This document shows positions 1-9,907 of a DNA stretch of 64,000 nt, one piece after another. This DNA comes from an uncultured Chloroflexia bacterium (lineage in GTDB: Bacteria > Chloroflexota > Limnocylindria > Limnocylindrales > CSP1-4). A program made the translations under genes and the position numbers. Each line of letters starts with the position of its first letter. Within the stretch, counting starts at the first letter, position 1. Where the stretch lies: contig CAWHGL010000004.1 of NCBI GenBank assembly GCA_963828965.1, positions 12,146 to 76,145 of the forward strand, in the 5' to 3' direction. The notes beneath the pieces are model-generated. The model made no database searches. It was not told the origin of the DNA and was given only the letters and a program-made list of their open reading frames with translations.

Positions 1-651
1 AGGATCAGATCGAGACCGAAGTCGAACTCGCTGGCGAAGTCGTAGCCGGCCTTGCCCACGTGCTCGGCAACGGACTCAGCGAGGTAGGGATAGTCGTCAG
101 CGGGGAACTGGCTGAGAATCTCGATCGCCAACTTGTCGACCTGGTCCGTGCTTTCGAAGGGCAGGGTCTGCTCTTGCAGCGCGAAGCCGAAGATGAAGCT
201 GTCGAGCAGGGTGAAGGCGTGAACGGCCATCGCGACGGAGAAGCCAGCCTGCCGCAACGCCCGTATCACCCCGTCGTGGTATCGCATGTTGCCCGGGCCT
301 GGATGGACGCGGGACTGGATCACCCCCAGCGCCCAGCGGTGACGCGCGAGCACTTCGCGGATCGAGTTGGCTTGCTGACGCATCGCCCCTTTCCAGTCTG
401 ACCCTCCGGCGGTGACGTCGATCTCCTCGTACATCACGTCGACCATCGCGTCGAGCAGATCGTCCTTGTTCGCGAAGTGGTTGTAGAGCGCCATGGGGTA
501 TACCCCCAGCTCCTGGGCGACGTTCCGCATGCTGAGCGACTCGATTCCGCCTTCATCAGCGAGCTTGATGGCCGTTCGGAGCACTCGCTGCCGGCTGAGT
601 GGGACTCGTCGTCTGGTCCTCGATCGTTGCTTGACAACCATTTGCATCCCT
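1..651 (-). CDS. TetR/AcrR family transcriptional regulator, 3' end runs off the window. The N-terminus reads MVVKQRSRTRRRVPLSRQRVLRTAIKLADEGGIESLSMRNVAQELGV, which is an HTH.
   Basis: Manual reverse translation from the ATG at 649-651. The TetR N-terminal HTH signature is present. It sits divergent to an oxidoreductase/ABC operon. It is absent from the ORF track because there is no stop codon inside the window. Confidence 0.8.
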
Positions 652-673
652 CTCGGCACCTGGGTCTTGACGT

Positions 674-724
674 ATGTACGCTGTACATCTAATGTACGCC
701 GTATTGGCGATGTACGCCGTACAT
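674..724. promoter_or_regulatory. Candidate TetR operator array. It holds three copies of an ATGTACG-N-(C/T)GTACAT inverted repeat, with a perfect copy at 710-724.
   Basis: The repeats were read directly in the 88 bp divergent region between the tetR start and the start of the 740 gene. An AGGAG Shine-Dalgarno lies at 729-733. Confidence 0.5.
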
Positions 725-739
725 TAGCAGGAGACCACC

Positions 740-1768
740 ATGAAGGCAATCGTTCAACCAACCTATGGCTCACCCGATGACCTGCAGCTGCGCGACATCG
801 ACCAGCCCACGATCGGCGACCACGACGTGCTGGTGCGCGTGCATGCCGCGTCGGTCAACACCGCCGACCGGCTCATCCTGCGCGGCCGCCCCTATCTGAT
901 GCGCGCCGCGGGCTCCGGACTCGGCTTTAGCCCGCGTCGACCCCAGTTCGCCGTCGCGGGCACGGACCTCGCCGGTCGTGTGGCGGCGGTAGGCAGTTTG
1001 GTGACCGCCTTCCGCCCCGGCGACGAGGTGTACGGGAGCGTCCCCGGCGCGATCGCGGAGTACGTCGCGGCGCCGGACACCGCCCTGGCGGCCAAGCCGT
1101 CGAGCCTCAGCTTCCAACAGGCCGCCGCGATGCCGCTGGCCGCGCTCACCGCACTCCAGGGGCTTCGCGATGCCGGACAGGTCCAGCCCGGGCAGCGGGT
1201 TCTGATCAATGGGGCCTCGGGCGGCGTCGGCACCTATGCGGTGCAGATCGCCAAGGTCCTGGGCGCCGAGGTGACCGCGGTGACCAGCGGCCCGAACGTC
1301 GAGATGGTTCGATCACTCGGCGCCGACCACGTCATCGACTACACCAGCGAGGACTTCACGGAGTCAGCCAGTCGGTATGACGTCATCCTGGACCTTGTGG
1401 GCAACCACTCACTGTCGGCTCGACGACGCGCGCTGACCGCGACGGGCACGCTGTTGCTGTCATACGTGGGTACCAACCGCTGGGTGGGGCCGATCGGTCA
1501 CATCCTGGCTGCCGTGGTGCTGACGCGGTTCACGAGCCACAGGATCGTCTCGTTCACGACCGCTCCGAGCAGTGCCGACCTGCTCGTCCTTGCGCAGCTG
1601 ACAGACGACGGAAAGATCGTGCCGGTCATCGACCGGACCTACCGCCTCGACCAAGCAGCCGAGGCGATCCGCTACCTGGAACTCGGACGTGCCCGGGGCA
1701 AGGTCATCATCAGCATCAGCGACCGCGGCGCGCTGGCCGCGCTGACGCGGGCGAGTGTGGCGTCGTGA
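740..1768 (+). CDS. NADPH:quinone oxidoreductase / MDR-superfamily zinc-type alcohol dehydrogenase-like protein.
   Basis: 342 aa with GxGxxG (NGASGGVGTYAVQIAK) and overall MDR architecture. There is an AGGAG RBS upstream. Confidence 0.8.
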   Translation: MKAIVQPTYGSPDDLQLRDIDQPTIGDHDVLVRVHAASVNTADRLILRGRPYLMRAAGSGLGFSPRRPQFAVAGTDLAGRVAAVGSLVTAFRPGDEVYGSVPGAIAEYVAAPDTALAAKPSSLSFQQAAAMPLAALTALQGLRDAGQVQPGQRVLINGASGGVGTYAVQIAKVLGAEVTAVTSGPNVEMVRSLGADHVIDYTSEDFTESASRYDVILDLVGNHSLSARRRALTATGTLLLSYVGTNRWVGPIGHILAAVVLTRFTSHRIVSFTTAPSSADLLVLAQLTDDGKIVPVIDRTYRLDQAAEAIRYLELGRARGKVIISISDRGALAALTRASVAS

Positions 1769-2421
1769 CGGCGCCAGCGATGCCAGTGGGGCCGTACGCG
1801 GCTCGTCTGACCATTGACTACCCCGAACGCCTTGATCGGGTTACGACCTTCTTTCGCCTGATCTGGGTCATACCGATTGCCATCGTGCTCGGAGTGATCA
1901 CGGGGAGCGGGACCCACATGATGGTCACCGCAGCCGGTGAGCAAATTGTCGGAGCCGGCGGTGGACTGCTCGCTGGCTTGGCTTTCGCCACGGCGCTGAT
2001 GATCGTCATCCGCATGCGCTACCCGCGCTGGTGGTTCGACTTCGCACGGGAGCTGACCCGCTTCGGCGCCCGCGTCGGTGCCTACGTGGCCCTGCTCACG
2101 GACCGATATCCGTCCACTGTCGAGGAGCAATCGGTGCACCTCGAGATCGAGTATCCAGAGGTCGATCGCGACCTGAACCGCTGGCTTCCACTGGTCAAGT
2201 GGTTCCTGGCGATCCCCCATTACGTCGCGCTGATCGTCCTGATCATCGGAGCGGCCCTCGCCATCGTGATCGCCTGGTTCGCGATCCTCATGACCGGGCG
2301 TTATCCCCAGCCGCTCTTCAACTACGTGGTCGGCGTCGGGCGGTGGAGCCTGCGCGTGAACGCCTACGCGTTCCTGCTCGTGACCGACCGCTATCCCCCC
2401 TTCAGCCTGAAAGCAGAGTAG
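1765..2421 (+). CDS. DUF4389-family integral membrane protein.
   Basis: GTG start overlaps the upstream stop (GTGA). Two RYP(x)WWFDF-like segments flank TM helices, as is typical of DUF4389. Confidence 0.6.
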   Translation: MTAPAMPVGPYAARLTIDYPERLDRVTTFFRLIWVIPIAIVLGVITGSGTHMMVTAAGEQIVGAGGGLLAGLAFATALMIVIRMRYPRWWFDFARELTRFGARVGAYVALLTDRYPSTVEEQSVHLEIEYPEVDRDLNRWLPLVKWFLAIPHYVALIVLIIGAALAIVIAWFAILMTGRYPQPLFNYVVGVGRWSLRVNAYAFLLVTDRYPPFSLKAE

Positions 2422-2423
2422 TC

Positions 2424-3581
2424 ATGCGAATCCTCCGAGAGCTCTCGCGGCGCAAGCTGCGCACGAGCCTGACCATCACCGGCATCACCATCGGCATCTG
2501 GGCACTCGTGGTGTTCAGTTCGCTGGCCAACCAGATCAACGGCCTCGTCGGCATGGGCAGCGAATACTTCGCCGACAAGATCGTCGTCACCGACGGCATG
2601 GCCTTCGGCTCGTCGCCGATGCGCCTCGACGACGTCGAGATCATCGCCGGCCTCGACGGCGTCGGTGCCGTCCAGCCCAAGGTCGAGATCCCGTGGGACC
2701 CCGATCCCGCTATCGGGTTCGGCGCGCCGGACTTCCTGGTCGGGACCATCCCGGGCGCCGACGCCGGGTTCGAGACGTTCACACTCGAGCTGGCCACGGG
2801 ACGCCAGCTCATCGCCGAGGACACCGGCAACGTCGTGGTCCTGGGGTCGACCATCGCCCGCAAGTACGGCGTCGTCGCCGGCGGGACGGTCGACATCCGA
2901 GGCGAGTCCTTCGAGGTCCTTGGGACCCTGCAACCCACCCTCAGCTCGCCCGACACGAACGGCTTCATCCCGCTCTCGACGGCCCAGGCGCTGTACCTGG
3001 GCGACCTGCCCCCACTCGTCGCCGAGTCGCTCCAGGCGGACGAGCTGGCCAACCAGATCGTCGTCTTCCCCGAAGTCGGTGCCGACCCGACGACGGTGGC
3101 CGCGGCGATCGAGGCCGCGGTCGAGAACAGCGCGACCATGACCGGCGCCGAGTTCTCCGAGACGGTCGGCGCCACGACCGTGATCTTCAACGCGATCATC
3201 ATCGGGGTGGCCGCCATCAGCCTCATCGTGGGCGGCCTGTCGGTGATCAACACGATGGCCATGAGCGTGGCCGAGCGGACCCGCGAGATCGGCATCCGGC
3301 GGGCCATCGGCGGCTCCCGGCGACGCATCGTCCGCGAGCTCGTCGCCGAGGCCGGGGTCATCGGGCTGCTGGGCGGCCTGATCGGGCTCGGCCTGGGCGC
3401 TGCGGTCGTCGTCCTGGTCAACGAGGCCGGCCGATCGAGCGGCACCGTCCTCTTCGACCTCACCGCACAGACCGCGGCGTTCGCGGTCGGCTTCAGCACG
3501 ATCCTCGGGATGGTGGCCGGGATCATCCCGGCCTGGACTGCCGCACGGCTCGACCCGGTGTCGGCCCTGCGCTACGAATGA
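2424..3581 (+). CDS. ABC transporter permease, FtsX/MacB-like.
   Basis: Real start is the ATG at 2424 (MRILRELSRRKLRTSLTITGITIG...). The track ORF from 2031 is a spurious Arg/Pro-rich 5' extension. There is a large periplasmic loop and a C-terminal 3-TM FtsX region. Confidence 0.8.
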   Translation: MRILRELSRRKLRTSLTITGITIGIWALVVFSSLANQINGLVGMGSEYFADKIVVTDGMAFGSSPMRLDDVEIIAGLDGVGAVQPKVEIPWDPDPAIGFGAPDFLVGTIPGADAGFETFTLELATGRQLIAEDTGNVVVLGSTIARKYGVVAGGTVDIRGESFEVLGTLQPTLSSPDTNGFIPLSTAQALYLGDLPPLVAESLQADELANQIVVFPEVGADPTTVAAAIEAAVENSATMTGAEFSETVGATTVIFNAIIIGVAAISLIVGGLSVINTMAMSVAERTREIGIRRAIGGSRRRIVRELVAEAGVIGLLGGLIGLGLGAAVVVLVNEAGRSSGTVLFDLTAQTAAFAVGFSTILGMVAGIIPAWTAARLDPVSALRYE

Positions 3582-3610
3582 CCAACGACCGAACGACGAA
3601 GGAGCGAACG

Positions 3611-4333
3611 ATGAACCTGATCGAAGCGACCGACCTGCGCAAGACCTACCGGCTGTCGCGCCGGACCGGCATCGATGCCCTGCAGGGTGTTGACGTCAGC
3701 ATCGCCGCCGGCGAGATGGTGGCGATCATGGGGCCGTCAGGCTCCGGCAAGAGCACGCTCATGCACCTGCTCGGGCTGCTCCACGCGCCGGATACCGACG
3801 ACGGCCCGGCCCCGACCCTGCGCATCGATGGGGTCGATGCGACGACCCTCTCGGACGGCGAGCGAACGTCCATCCGGGCTCGATCGATGGGCTTCGTGTT
3901 CCAGTCCTTCAACCTGGTCCCGACGCTCACCGCCGAGGAGAACGTGGCCCTCGCCGCCGAGTATGCCGGGACGTCCGGTTCGGCAGCCCGTGTGGCTGCG
4001 CGCGCCTCGCTGGCGTCGGTCGGCCTTGCCGAGCGAGCGGGGCACCGGCCGATGGAGTTGTCAGGGGGCGAGCAGCAGCGCGTGGCCATCGCCCGTGCCC
4101 TCGTGAACGACCCGAAGCTGATCCTCGGTGATGAGCCGACGGGCAACCTGGATTCATCCCGGGCCGCGGAAGTCCTGGGCCTGCTCCGTCGCTTCAACCG
4201 TGAGCGCGGGCAGACCGTGCTCATCGTCACGCACGACCAGGAGGTTGGCGCCGCCTGCGACCGGATCATCCGGATGCGTGACGGGCGGATCATCGCCGAC
4301 GAGCGCGTGGCGGACGTGCAGGTTGCCGCATGA
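3611..4333 (+). CDS. ABC transporter ATP-binding protein (MacB/LolD-type).
   Basis: Walker A GPSGSGKST, signature LSGGEQQRVAIARAL and Walker B ILGDEPTG are present. Start is ATG 3611. Confidence 0.9.
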   Translation: MNLIEATDLRKTYRLSRRTGIDALQGVDVSIAAGEMVAIMGPSGSGKSTLMHLLGLLHAPDTDDGPAPTLRIDGVDATTLSDGERTSIRARSMGFVFQSFNLVPTLTAEENVALAAEYAGTSGSAARVAARASLASVGLAERAGHRPMELSGGEQQRVAIARALVNDPKLILGDEPTGNLDSSRAAEVLGLLRRFNRERGQTVLIVTHDQEVGAACDRIIRMRDGRIIADERVADVQVAA

Positions 4334-4471
4334 CGGCCGGAACAATGCGCGATCTGATGCACGCCATCTACGACCGGATCACGGTCGCCGGCCCGGTGAT
4401 CGTGGGTGTCCGGCTGACCCAGGCGGCCTACGCGCACGGTTTGGCGCTGGCTCTGCCCGAAAAGGTTGAAA

Positions 4472-4547
4472 TGGCGCGCCCGACAGGACTCGAACCTGCG
4501 ACCTTTGGGTCCGGAACCCAACGCTCTATCCACTGAGCTACAGGCGC
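4472..4547 (-). tRNA. tRNA-Arg, anticodon CCG.
   Basis: Folded by hand: acceptor GCGCCTG/CGGGCGC, D-arm GCTC..GAGC, anticodon stem TTGGG/CCCAA with loop TTCCGGA, T-arm GCAGG-TTCGAGT-CCTGT, and an encoded CCA. Confidence 0.85.
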
Positions 4548-4605
4548 GCGGACGCCGATGATACCCGGTGGGCGCGCTCGGCCCTACCGTCGGAGCGCGA
4601 CGCGG

Positions 4606-5253
4606 TCAGCCACCGGCGCGCGTGAAGATCACATGCGTGACGCCGCTGGGCGAGGTGGTGGCCTCGATCGCGTAGTCCTTCTCGAGGCCCTCCAGTCCGT
4701 CCCACAGTCGTTCGCCCCGGCCGAGCAGGATCGGGACCACGACGATGTGCATGTGGTCGACGAGCCCTGCCGCAAGGAATTCGCGGAGCATCGTGACGCC
4801 CCCTCCGATGCGGACGTCCTGGCCGCGGGCAGCCTCGCGGGCGGTCGCGAGCGCGTCGGCCGGCGGAGCGTCGATGAAGTGGAAGGTCGTGCCACCCTCC
4901 ATCTCGATCGGCGGGCGCGTGTGGTGGGTGAGGACGAAGACCGGGCTGTGGAATGGCGGGTTCGGACCCCACCAGCCCTTCCAGTCCGGGTCTTCACGCC
5001 ATCCGGGCGGGCCGAACTTTCTGGCACCCATGATCTCGGCGCCGACCCCGGTATCGTGCAGCCGCAGGAAGGTGTCGTCGAGGCCACGGCTGCCGCCGGG
5101 CTGGCCGACCATCTCGTGCCACCACCCGGTCTCGAGCATCCATTCGTGCAGCCGTTCGCCGGCGTGGCCGAACGGTGCTTCCAGGCTCTGCGGGACACCG
5201 GTGCCAAAACCGTCGAGCGAGACGGAGAAGAACTGGACGCGGGCGAGTGACAT
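4606..5253 (-). CDS. Dihydrofolate reductase-like protein (RibD C-terminal domain family).
   Basis: 215 aa, with DGFGTG...RKFGPP...WGPNPPFH motifs typical of the YwjB/RibD_C family. Confidence 0.75.
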   Translation of the reverse strand: MSLARVQFFSVSLDGFGTGVPQSLEAPFGHAGERLHEWMLETGWWHEMVGQPGGSRGLDDTFLRLHDTGVGAEIMGARKFGPPGWREDPDWKGWWGPNPPFHSPVFVLTHHTRPPIEMEGGTTFHFIDAPPADALATAREAARGQDVRIGGGVTMLREFLAAGLVDHMHIVVVPILLGRGERLWDGLEGLEKDYAIEATTSPSGVTHVIFTRAGG

Positions 5254-5643
5254 GGCTCGGGCTCCTTCCGGGTGGGAGGTCCGTCTTCACGGGTGGCCGG
5301 CCGACCGTCTGAGCGGTGTCGGTCTCGCGCATGCTCGGCGAGATGGCCGGATCAGGAGGGCCTGTGCAGAGGATCGAGCCTCCGAGCCCCGGGGCGCACG
5401 ATCGGCTTCCAGCCTGGGGGAAAGATGGAGTCCGCGGCGCTGCCCGGGACCGAAGGCTGTAAACAGCGTACGCCCGGCGACAAGCCGTGCCAGAACGAGC
5501 AAGAGAGCCGGAAGACCGGCTCTCTTGCGGCGCGCCATTCCCCAGGCTGGCGTGGAGGTGTTCCCAAAGATGGTCCGCCTCGCGCCGATCCTCGTCTGCC
5601 AGTAATCTGGCATACACACCAATGATCGCAGGGTCATCGGAAC

Positions 5644-6357
5644 GTGGGCATCAGTCGTCTCCAACAGAACCACCTTCTGGCCGCCCTCTCGGAGGAGGAC
5701 CTTGCTTCTCTCGAGCCGTGGCTCGAGGAGATCAGCCTTGCCCGGGGGGACATCCTGGCCCGTCCGGGCGAGCCGCTCGAATTCGCCTACTTCCCGACGA
5801 GCGGGATGGTCTCCGTCGTCGCGCTGATGTCCAGAGGCCTTGGCGCTGAAGTCGCGACCGTCGGGAACGAAGGGATGATCGGTCTGCCGATCTTCCTCGG
5901 GGCCGAAAGCTCGCCCTTCCACCTGATGGCACAGCTCAGTGGGCGATCGATCCGGATCCCGGCCAAGCGGCTGGAGAAGGCCCTCCTGCCGGACTCACGG
6001 TTGAGCGCCCTCCTGCGGACGTATTCGCAGGCCTTCTTCGTCCAGGCCGCGCAGAACGCCGCGTGCAATGGGATCCACCCGATCTCGATGCGTGCCGCTC
6101 GGTGGCTGCTGGCGACGCAGGACCGAGCCGAATCCGACGCCTTCTACCTGACGCAGGAGTTCCTCGCGTTCATGCTCGGCGTGGCGCGCCAAAGCGTCGG
6201 GATCGCGGTGGGTGACCTGGCCGACCGCGGATTGGTCTCCTACGTTCGTGGCCACATGCGCGTCCTCGATCGGGCCGGCCTCGAACGCGCTTCCTGCGAG
6301 TGCTACGGCATCGTGCGCGCCGAGTTCGATCGGCTGCTGGGCATCGCGCGGGCCTGA
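5644..6357 (+). CDS. Crp/Fnr family transcriptional regulator.
   Basis: N-terminal cNMP-binding fold with a C-terminal HTH (FLAFMLGVARQSVGIAVGDLADRGLV). Confidence 0.8.
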   Translation: MGISRLQQNHLLAALSEEDLASLEPWLEEISLARGDILARPGEPLEFAYFPTSGMVSVVALMSRGLGAEVATVGNEGMIGLPIFLGAESSPFHLMAQLSGRSIRIPAKRLEKALLPDSRLSALLRTYSQAFFVQAAQNAACNGIHPISMRAARWLLATQDRAESDAFYLTQEFLAFMLGVARQSVGIAVGDLADRGLVSYVRGHMRVLDRAGLERASCECYGIVRAEFDRLLGIARA

Positions 6358-6490
6358 GCCCCGCCGACACGTCGGCGAATGAAGAGCCTCGTCGCAGCGA
6401 ATAGCGATGCCTGGTGATGGCAGGTCGGATCGTTATGTCCATGGTGGATGGTGACCCGCTCCCGTGGCGGCAAACCAGGAGATCCCACCG

Positions 6491-6670
6491 ATGGATGCCT
6501 ATTCGATCGAGATCGCAGCCCGCTGGAAGATGGACGACGCCCGGCGCGACGCCGAGCTTCGCCAGCTCATCCGCGCAGCTCGGCGCGACGCCGACCACCG
6601 CCCGTCTCGGTGGCATCGGCCGACCCTCCGCCGCTTGCGCGGCGTCGTGCACCCGATGGCGACCGCCTGA
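6491..6670 (+). CDS. Candidate small Arg-rich protein of 59 aa (MDAYSIEIAARWKMDDARRDAELRQLIRAARRD...).
   Basis: ATG with a CAGGAGA Shine-Dalgarno 8 nt upstream. GC3 is very high and genome-like. It sits in the 408 bp gap upstream of the LAL regulator. Confidence 0.3.
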   Translation: MDAYSIEIAARWKMDDARRDAELRQLIRAARRDADHRPSRWHRPTLRRLRGVVHPMATA

Positions 6671-6765
6671 CGGTGGTGCTACCGCATCCGCTCGCGGCGG
6701 TCGCGATCTCGATCCAGGCGGTACCGGCTCGGGCGGCGCTGCCCGATAGCCTGATAATCGACCGC

Positions 6766-9700
6766 ATGGCGGTCCGCGTCTCGAGTCCGGTCCTCATCGG
6801 TCGGGCGAGCGAACTCGATCGACTCCACGAGCTGGTGACCGGGATCCGATCCGGGATCAGCCGGTCGGTGGTGGTCGCCGGCGAAGCCGGCGTCGGCAAG
6901 ACCCGCCTCGTGACGGAGTTCGCCGACGGGGCCCGTGATGCAGGTTGCGTCGTCCTCTTCGGCGGTTGCGTCGAGCTCGGTGACGGCGCGCTGCCGTATG
7001 CGCCCGTGGTCGAAGCCCTGCGCGGCCTGGTCCGGCGTGGCGATGTCGACGACGTGGACGCGATCCTGGGTCCGGCGCGCCCGGAGCTGGCCCGGCTGAT
7101 CCCCGACCTTGGCCCGGCTGCCGATGGTCAGGAGACCGGCCTCGGGATCGGCTCTGCCCAGGGTCGGCTCTTCGAGCTCATGCTCGGAGTCCTCGAACGC
7201 CTGGCCCAGCGTGCACCGGTCGTGCTCGTCGCCGAGGACCTGCATTGGTCCGACCAGTCCACGCGCGACTTGCTCGGGTTCCTCGTCCGCAACCTGCGGG
7301 ACATCCCGGTCGCACTGGTCATGACCTACCGATCCGACGAGCTCCATCGACGCCATCCGCTCCTGCCGTTCCTCGCCGAGCTCGGCCGGACCGGCCTCGT
7401 CGAGCGAATCGAGCTCCATCCGTTCGAGGCCACCGAGGCGGCGGCGCAGCTGCGGGCGATCGCCGGGCACGACCTCGACGGCGCGCTCATCGAGTCCATC
7501 CACGCTCGATCCGGGGGCAACGCGTTCTTCGCCGAGGAGCTCCTCGTCGCGACTGGCGACGCCATCGATGGCGAGCTCCCGCCGACCTTGCGTGACGTGC
7601 TCCTCGGCCGGATCGCGGGGCTCGCGGAGACGACCCAGGAGTTCCTGCGCATCGCGTCGGCCGCCGGCCAGCGCGTGGACCCGTCCCTGCTCGCCGCCGC
7701 GGCCGAGCTCGATGAAGATGCGCTCTATGTCGCCCTGCGCGAGAGCGTGGGTCGTCAGGTCCTCGTGCCCGACCCCAGCGGTCCGGCCGAGCGCTATGTA
7801 TTCCGCCACGCCCTCCTCCAGGAAGCCGTCTACGACGACCTGTTGCCGGGTGAGCGGACCCGTCTGCATTCGGCGTTCGCCCGAACGCTGGAGGCCAGGG
7901 CCGGGGGCGACGCCGTCTATGCCGCCGAGCTCAGCTACCACTGGTTCGCGGCCCATGACCTCGGCCGCGCGCTCGAGACGGCCGTCACGGCCGGGATGGC
8001 CGCCGAGTCCCGCTACGCCTTCCCCGAAGCCGTCGGGCACTACGAACGAGCGATCGACCTCTGGGATCAGGTACCCGACGCGGAGCAGCGGGTCGGGCGC
8101 GACCGCGTCTCCCTCCTGGCGAGATTGGCTGGCGTCGCGCGGTACCACGACGCGGCTCGAGCCGTCATCCACATCCGGGCGGCGATCGCCCTCGTCGAGG
8201 CCGATCCCGGGGCGGACCCGATCGAGCGCGGCCTCCTGTACGAGCGCCTCGGTCGCTACGCCTGGGTCGCCGGGCAGGGCCACCTGGCCAACGATGCCTA
8301 TCGGACGGCCGTGGACAGCATCCCGGCAGAGCCCCCGTCCGCGGCCCGGGCCCGGGCCGTGGCCGGCCTGGCCCAGATCCGCATGCTCGGGGCGCGATTC
8401 GCCGAGGCCCTGGTCCTGGCGGAGGAGGCCCTCGCGGTGGCCCGCGCCTCCGGAGCGCGCGAGATCGAGGGCCACGCCCTCAACACCCGCGGTCACAGCC
8501 GGGCGATCGAGGGCGACGTGGATGGCGGGCTCGCCGATCTCGATGCGTCCCTGGCGATCGCCGAGGAGCTCGGGGTCGTCGACGACATCGGCCGGGCCTA
8601 CGCGAACAAGACCTGGGTCCTCGAGACCGCCGGCCAGCTCGAGGCCGCCATCGAGACGGCCAGCCTCGGCGTCGCCACCGTCGAGCGCCTGGGCCTGTTG
8701 CGCTTCTTCGGCACGCACATGCTGTGCGGCGAAGCCGACTATCAGTACCGTCTGGGCCACTGGGAGCAGAGCGAGCGACTCATCCGGCGGGCCGAGGACG
8801 TCGGGCCGATCGGCATCAACGCGATCCTCGTCCCCGAGATGGCGGCGCGGCTGGCCATGGTCCGGGGCCGTTTCGACGAGGCAGCACAGCGACTCGCGCC
8901 GCTCGCCCCGCTCGCGGCCCGAGCCACGGATATCCAATTCATCTGTCCGGTCGAGACGAGCCTCGCCGAGCTCGCGCTGTGGGAGGGGCGGCCCGACGAC
9001 GCACTGCAGCGCCTGCTCGCGGCCATCCCCTTGATCGACTTCTCGCCCGAGGTTCGGCTCGGCGAGATGTATGGGCTCGGCATCCGCGCCGCGGCTGACC
9101 AAGCGGAGCACGCGCGGGTGCGTCGGGCGCCTGATGACGAGGCCAGGGCGGTCGAGGCTGGCGACCGCCTCCTGGTCGCGATCCGCGGGCGCCACGCGGC
9201 GGTGATCGTCGAGCGGCCGGTGTATGGGTGGCTGTCCGAGGCCTGGCTCGGCTGGTCCGAGGCAGAGGGCACCCGGCTCCATCGCGCTCCGGATCCCGAC
9301 GTCTGGCGTTCCGCGATCACGGCCTGGCAGCCCGTCGCGCACCCGGCCATGACCGCGTACCTGCATTGGCGCGAGGCGGAGGCGCACCTTGCCGCCCGGG
9401 GCGACCGCTCGGCGGCGACCGTCGCGCTGCAGACCGCCTGGTCGATCGCCGACCAGCTCGGTGCCGTGCCGCTCCGAGGAGAGATCGATGCGCTCGCGGC
9501 TCGGGCGCGCCTCGATGTCGGCGACGAGGCCGAGGCGTCGGGAGGTTCAGCTTCAGCGTCGGCGGACACGCTCGCCGAGGACGACGCGGACGGTGCCACC
9601 CACCTCGGTCTCACCGCCCGGGAGCGCGAAGTGCTCGGGCTCGTCGCGCTGGGCCGGACGAACCGCCAGATCGCCGACGAGCTGTTCATCAGCACGAACA

Positions 9701-9813
9701 CGGCCGGCGTCCACGTCTCGAACATCCTGGGCAAGCTCGACGTGACGAGCCGTGGCGAGGCCGCGGCGATGGCCTATCGGCTGGGGCTCGTGGAGGGCGC
9801 TCGCGAGGCCTGA
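6766..9813 (+). CDS. LAL-family (large ATP-binding LuxR) transcriptional regulator: N-terminal AAA/STAND NTPase, TPR-like middle, C-terminal LuxR HTH.
   Basis: Walker A GEAGVGKT and a C-terminal LuxR HTH (LTAREREVLGLVALGRTNRQIADELFISTNTAGVHVSNILGKL). Start is chosen at ATG 6766. The upstream part of the track ORF is Arg/Pro junk. Confidence 0.85.
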   Translation: MAVRVSSPVLIGRASELDRLHELVTGIRSGISRSVVVAGEAGVGKTRLVTEFADGARDAGCVVLFGGCVELGDGALPYAPVVEALRGLVRRGDVDDVDAILGPARPELARLIPDLGPAADGQETGLGIGSAQGRLFELMLGVLERLAQRAPVVLVAEDLHWSDQSTRDLLGFLVRNLRDIPVALVMTYRSDELHRRHPLLPFLAELGRTGLVERIELHPFEATEAAAQLRAIAGHDLDGALIESIHARSGGNAFFAEELLVATGDAIDGELPPTLRDVLLGRIAGLAETTQEFLRIASAAGQRVDPSLLAAAAELDEDALYVALRESVGRQVLVPDPSGPAERYVFRHALLQEAVYDDLLPGERTRLHSAFARTLEARAGGDAVYAAELSYHWFAAHDLGRALETAVTAGMAAESRYAFPEAVGHYERAIDLWDQVPDAEQRVGRDRVSLLARLAGVARYHDAARAVIHIRAAIALVEADPGADPIERGLLYERLGRYAWVAGQGHLANDAYRTAVDSIPAEPPSAARARAVAGLAQIRMLGARFAEALVLAEEALAVARASGAREIEGHALNTRGHSRAIEGDVDGGLADLDASLAIAEELGVVDDIGRAYANKTWVLETAGQLEAAIETASLGVATVERLGLLRFFGTHMLCGEADYQYRLGHWEQSERLIRRAEDVGPIGINAILVPEMAARLAMVRGRFDEAAQRLAPLAPLAARATDIQFICPVETSLAELALWEGRPDDALQRLLAAIPLIDFSPEVRLGEMYGLGIRAAADQAEHARVRRAPDDEARAVEAGDRLLVAIRGRHAAVIVERPVYGWLSEAWLGWSEAEGTRLHRAPDPDVWRSAITAWQPVAHPAMTAYLHWREAEAHLAARGDRSAATVALQTAWSIADQLGAVPLRGEIDALAARARLDVGDEAEASGGSASASADTLAEDDADGATHLGLTAREREVLGLVALGRTNRQIADELFISTNTAGVHVSNILGKLDVTSRGEAAAMAYRLGLVEGAREA

Positions 9814-9877
9814 CGGGGCCCGAGCGACCCGGAGAGGACCGACGACGGATCAGCGGATGATCGGCGCCGGATAAAGG

Positions 9878-9907
9878 TCGAGGCGGCTCCCGAAGGAGCC
9901 GCCTCGA
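9878..9907. terminator. 13 bp perfect-stem hairpin (TCGAGGCGGCTCC-cgaa-GGAGCCGCCTCGA), probably an intrinsic terminator without a U-tract.
   Basis: Read directly. It follows the LAL regulator stop and lies in the convergent gap with the ppi gene. Confidence 0.5.

Noticed and set aside
2031-2423. N-terminal 130 aa extension of the FtsX permease ORF, and similar long Arg/Pro-rich extensions at 2693, 6448, 15164, 23441 and 49939
   Set aside because: These are upstream in-frame reading with no stop in high-GC DNA. The real starts are internal ATG or GTG codons with an RBS, or they match family N-termini.
4330-4536. 68 aa ORF with an ATGA overlap to the ABC ATPase stop
   Set aside because: Its 3' half is antisense to tRNA-Arg, and the translation ends MARPTGLEPATFGSGTQRSIH, which is the tRNA read as protein. 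An initial 45 aa peptide cannot be excluded, but support is weak.
6679-9387. 902 aa minus-strand ORF
   Set aside because: Lies entirely antisense to the LAL regulator. Its composition is Arg/Gly/Pro-rich with no domains, which is the typical high-GC shadow ORF.
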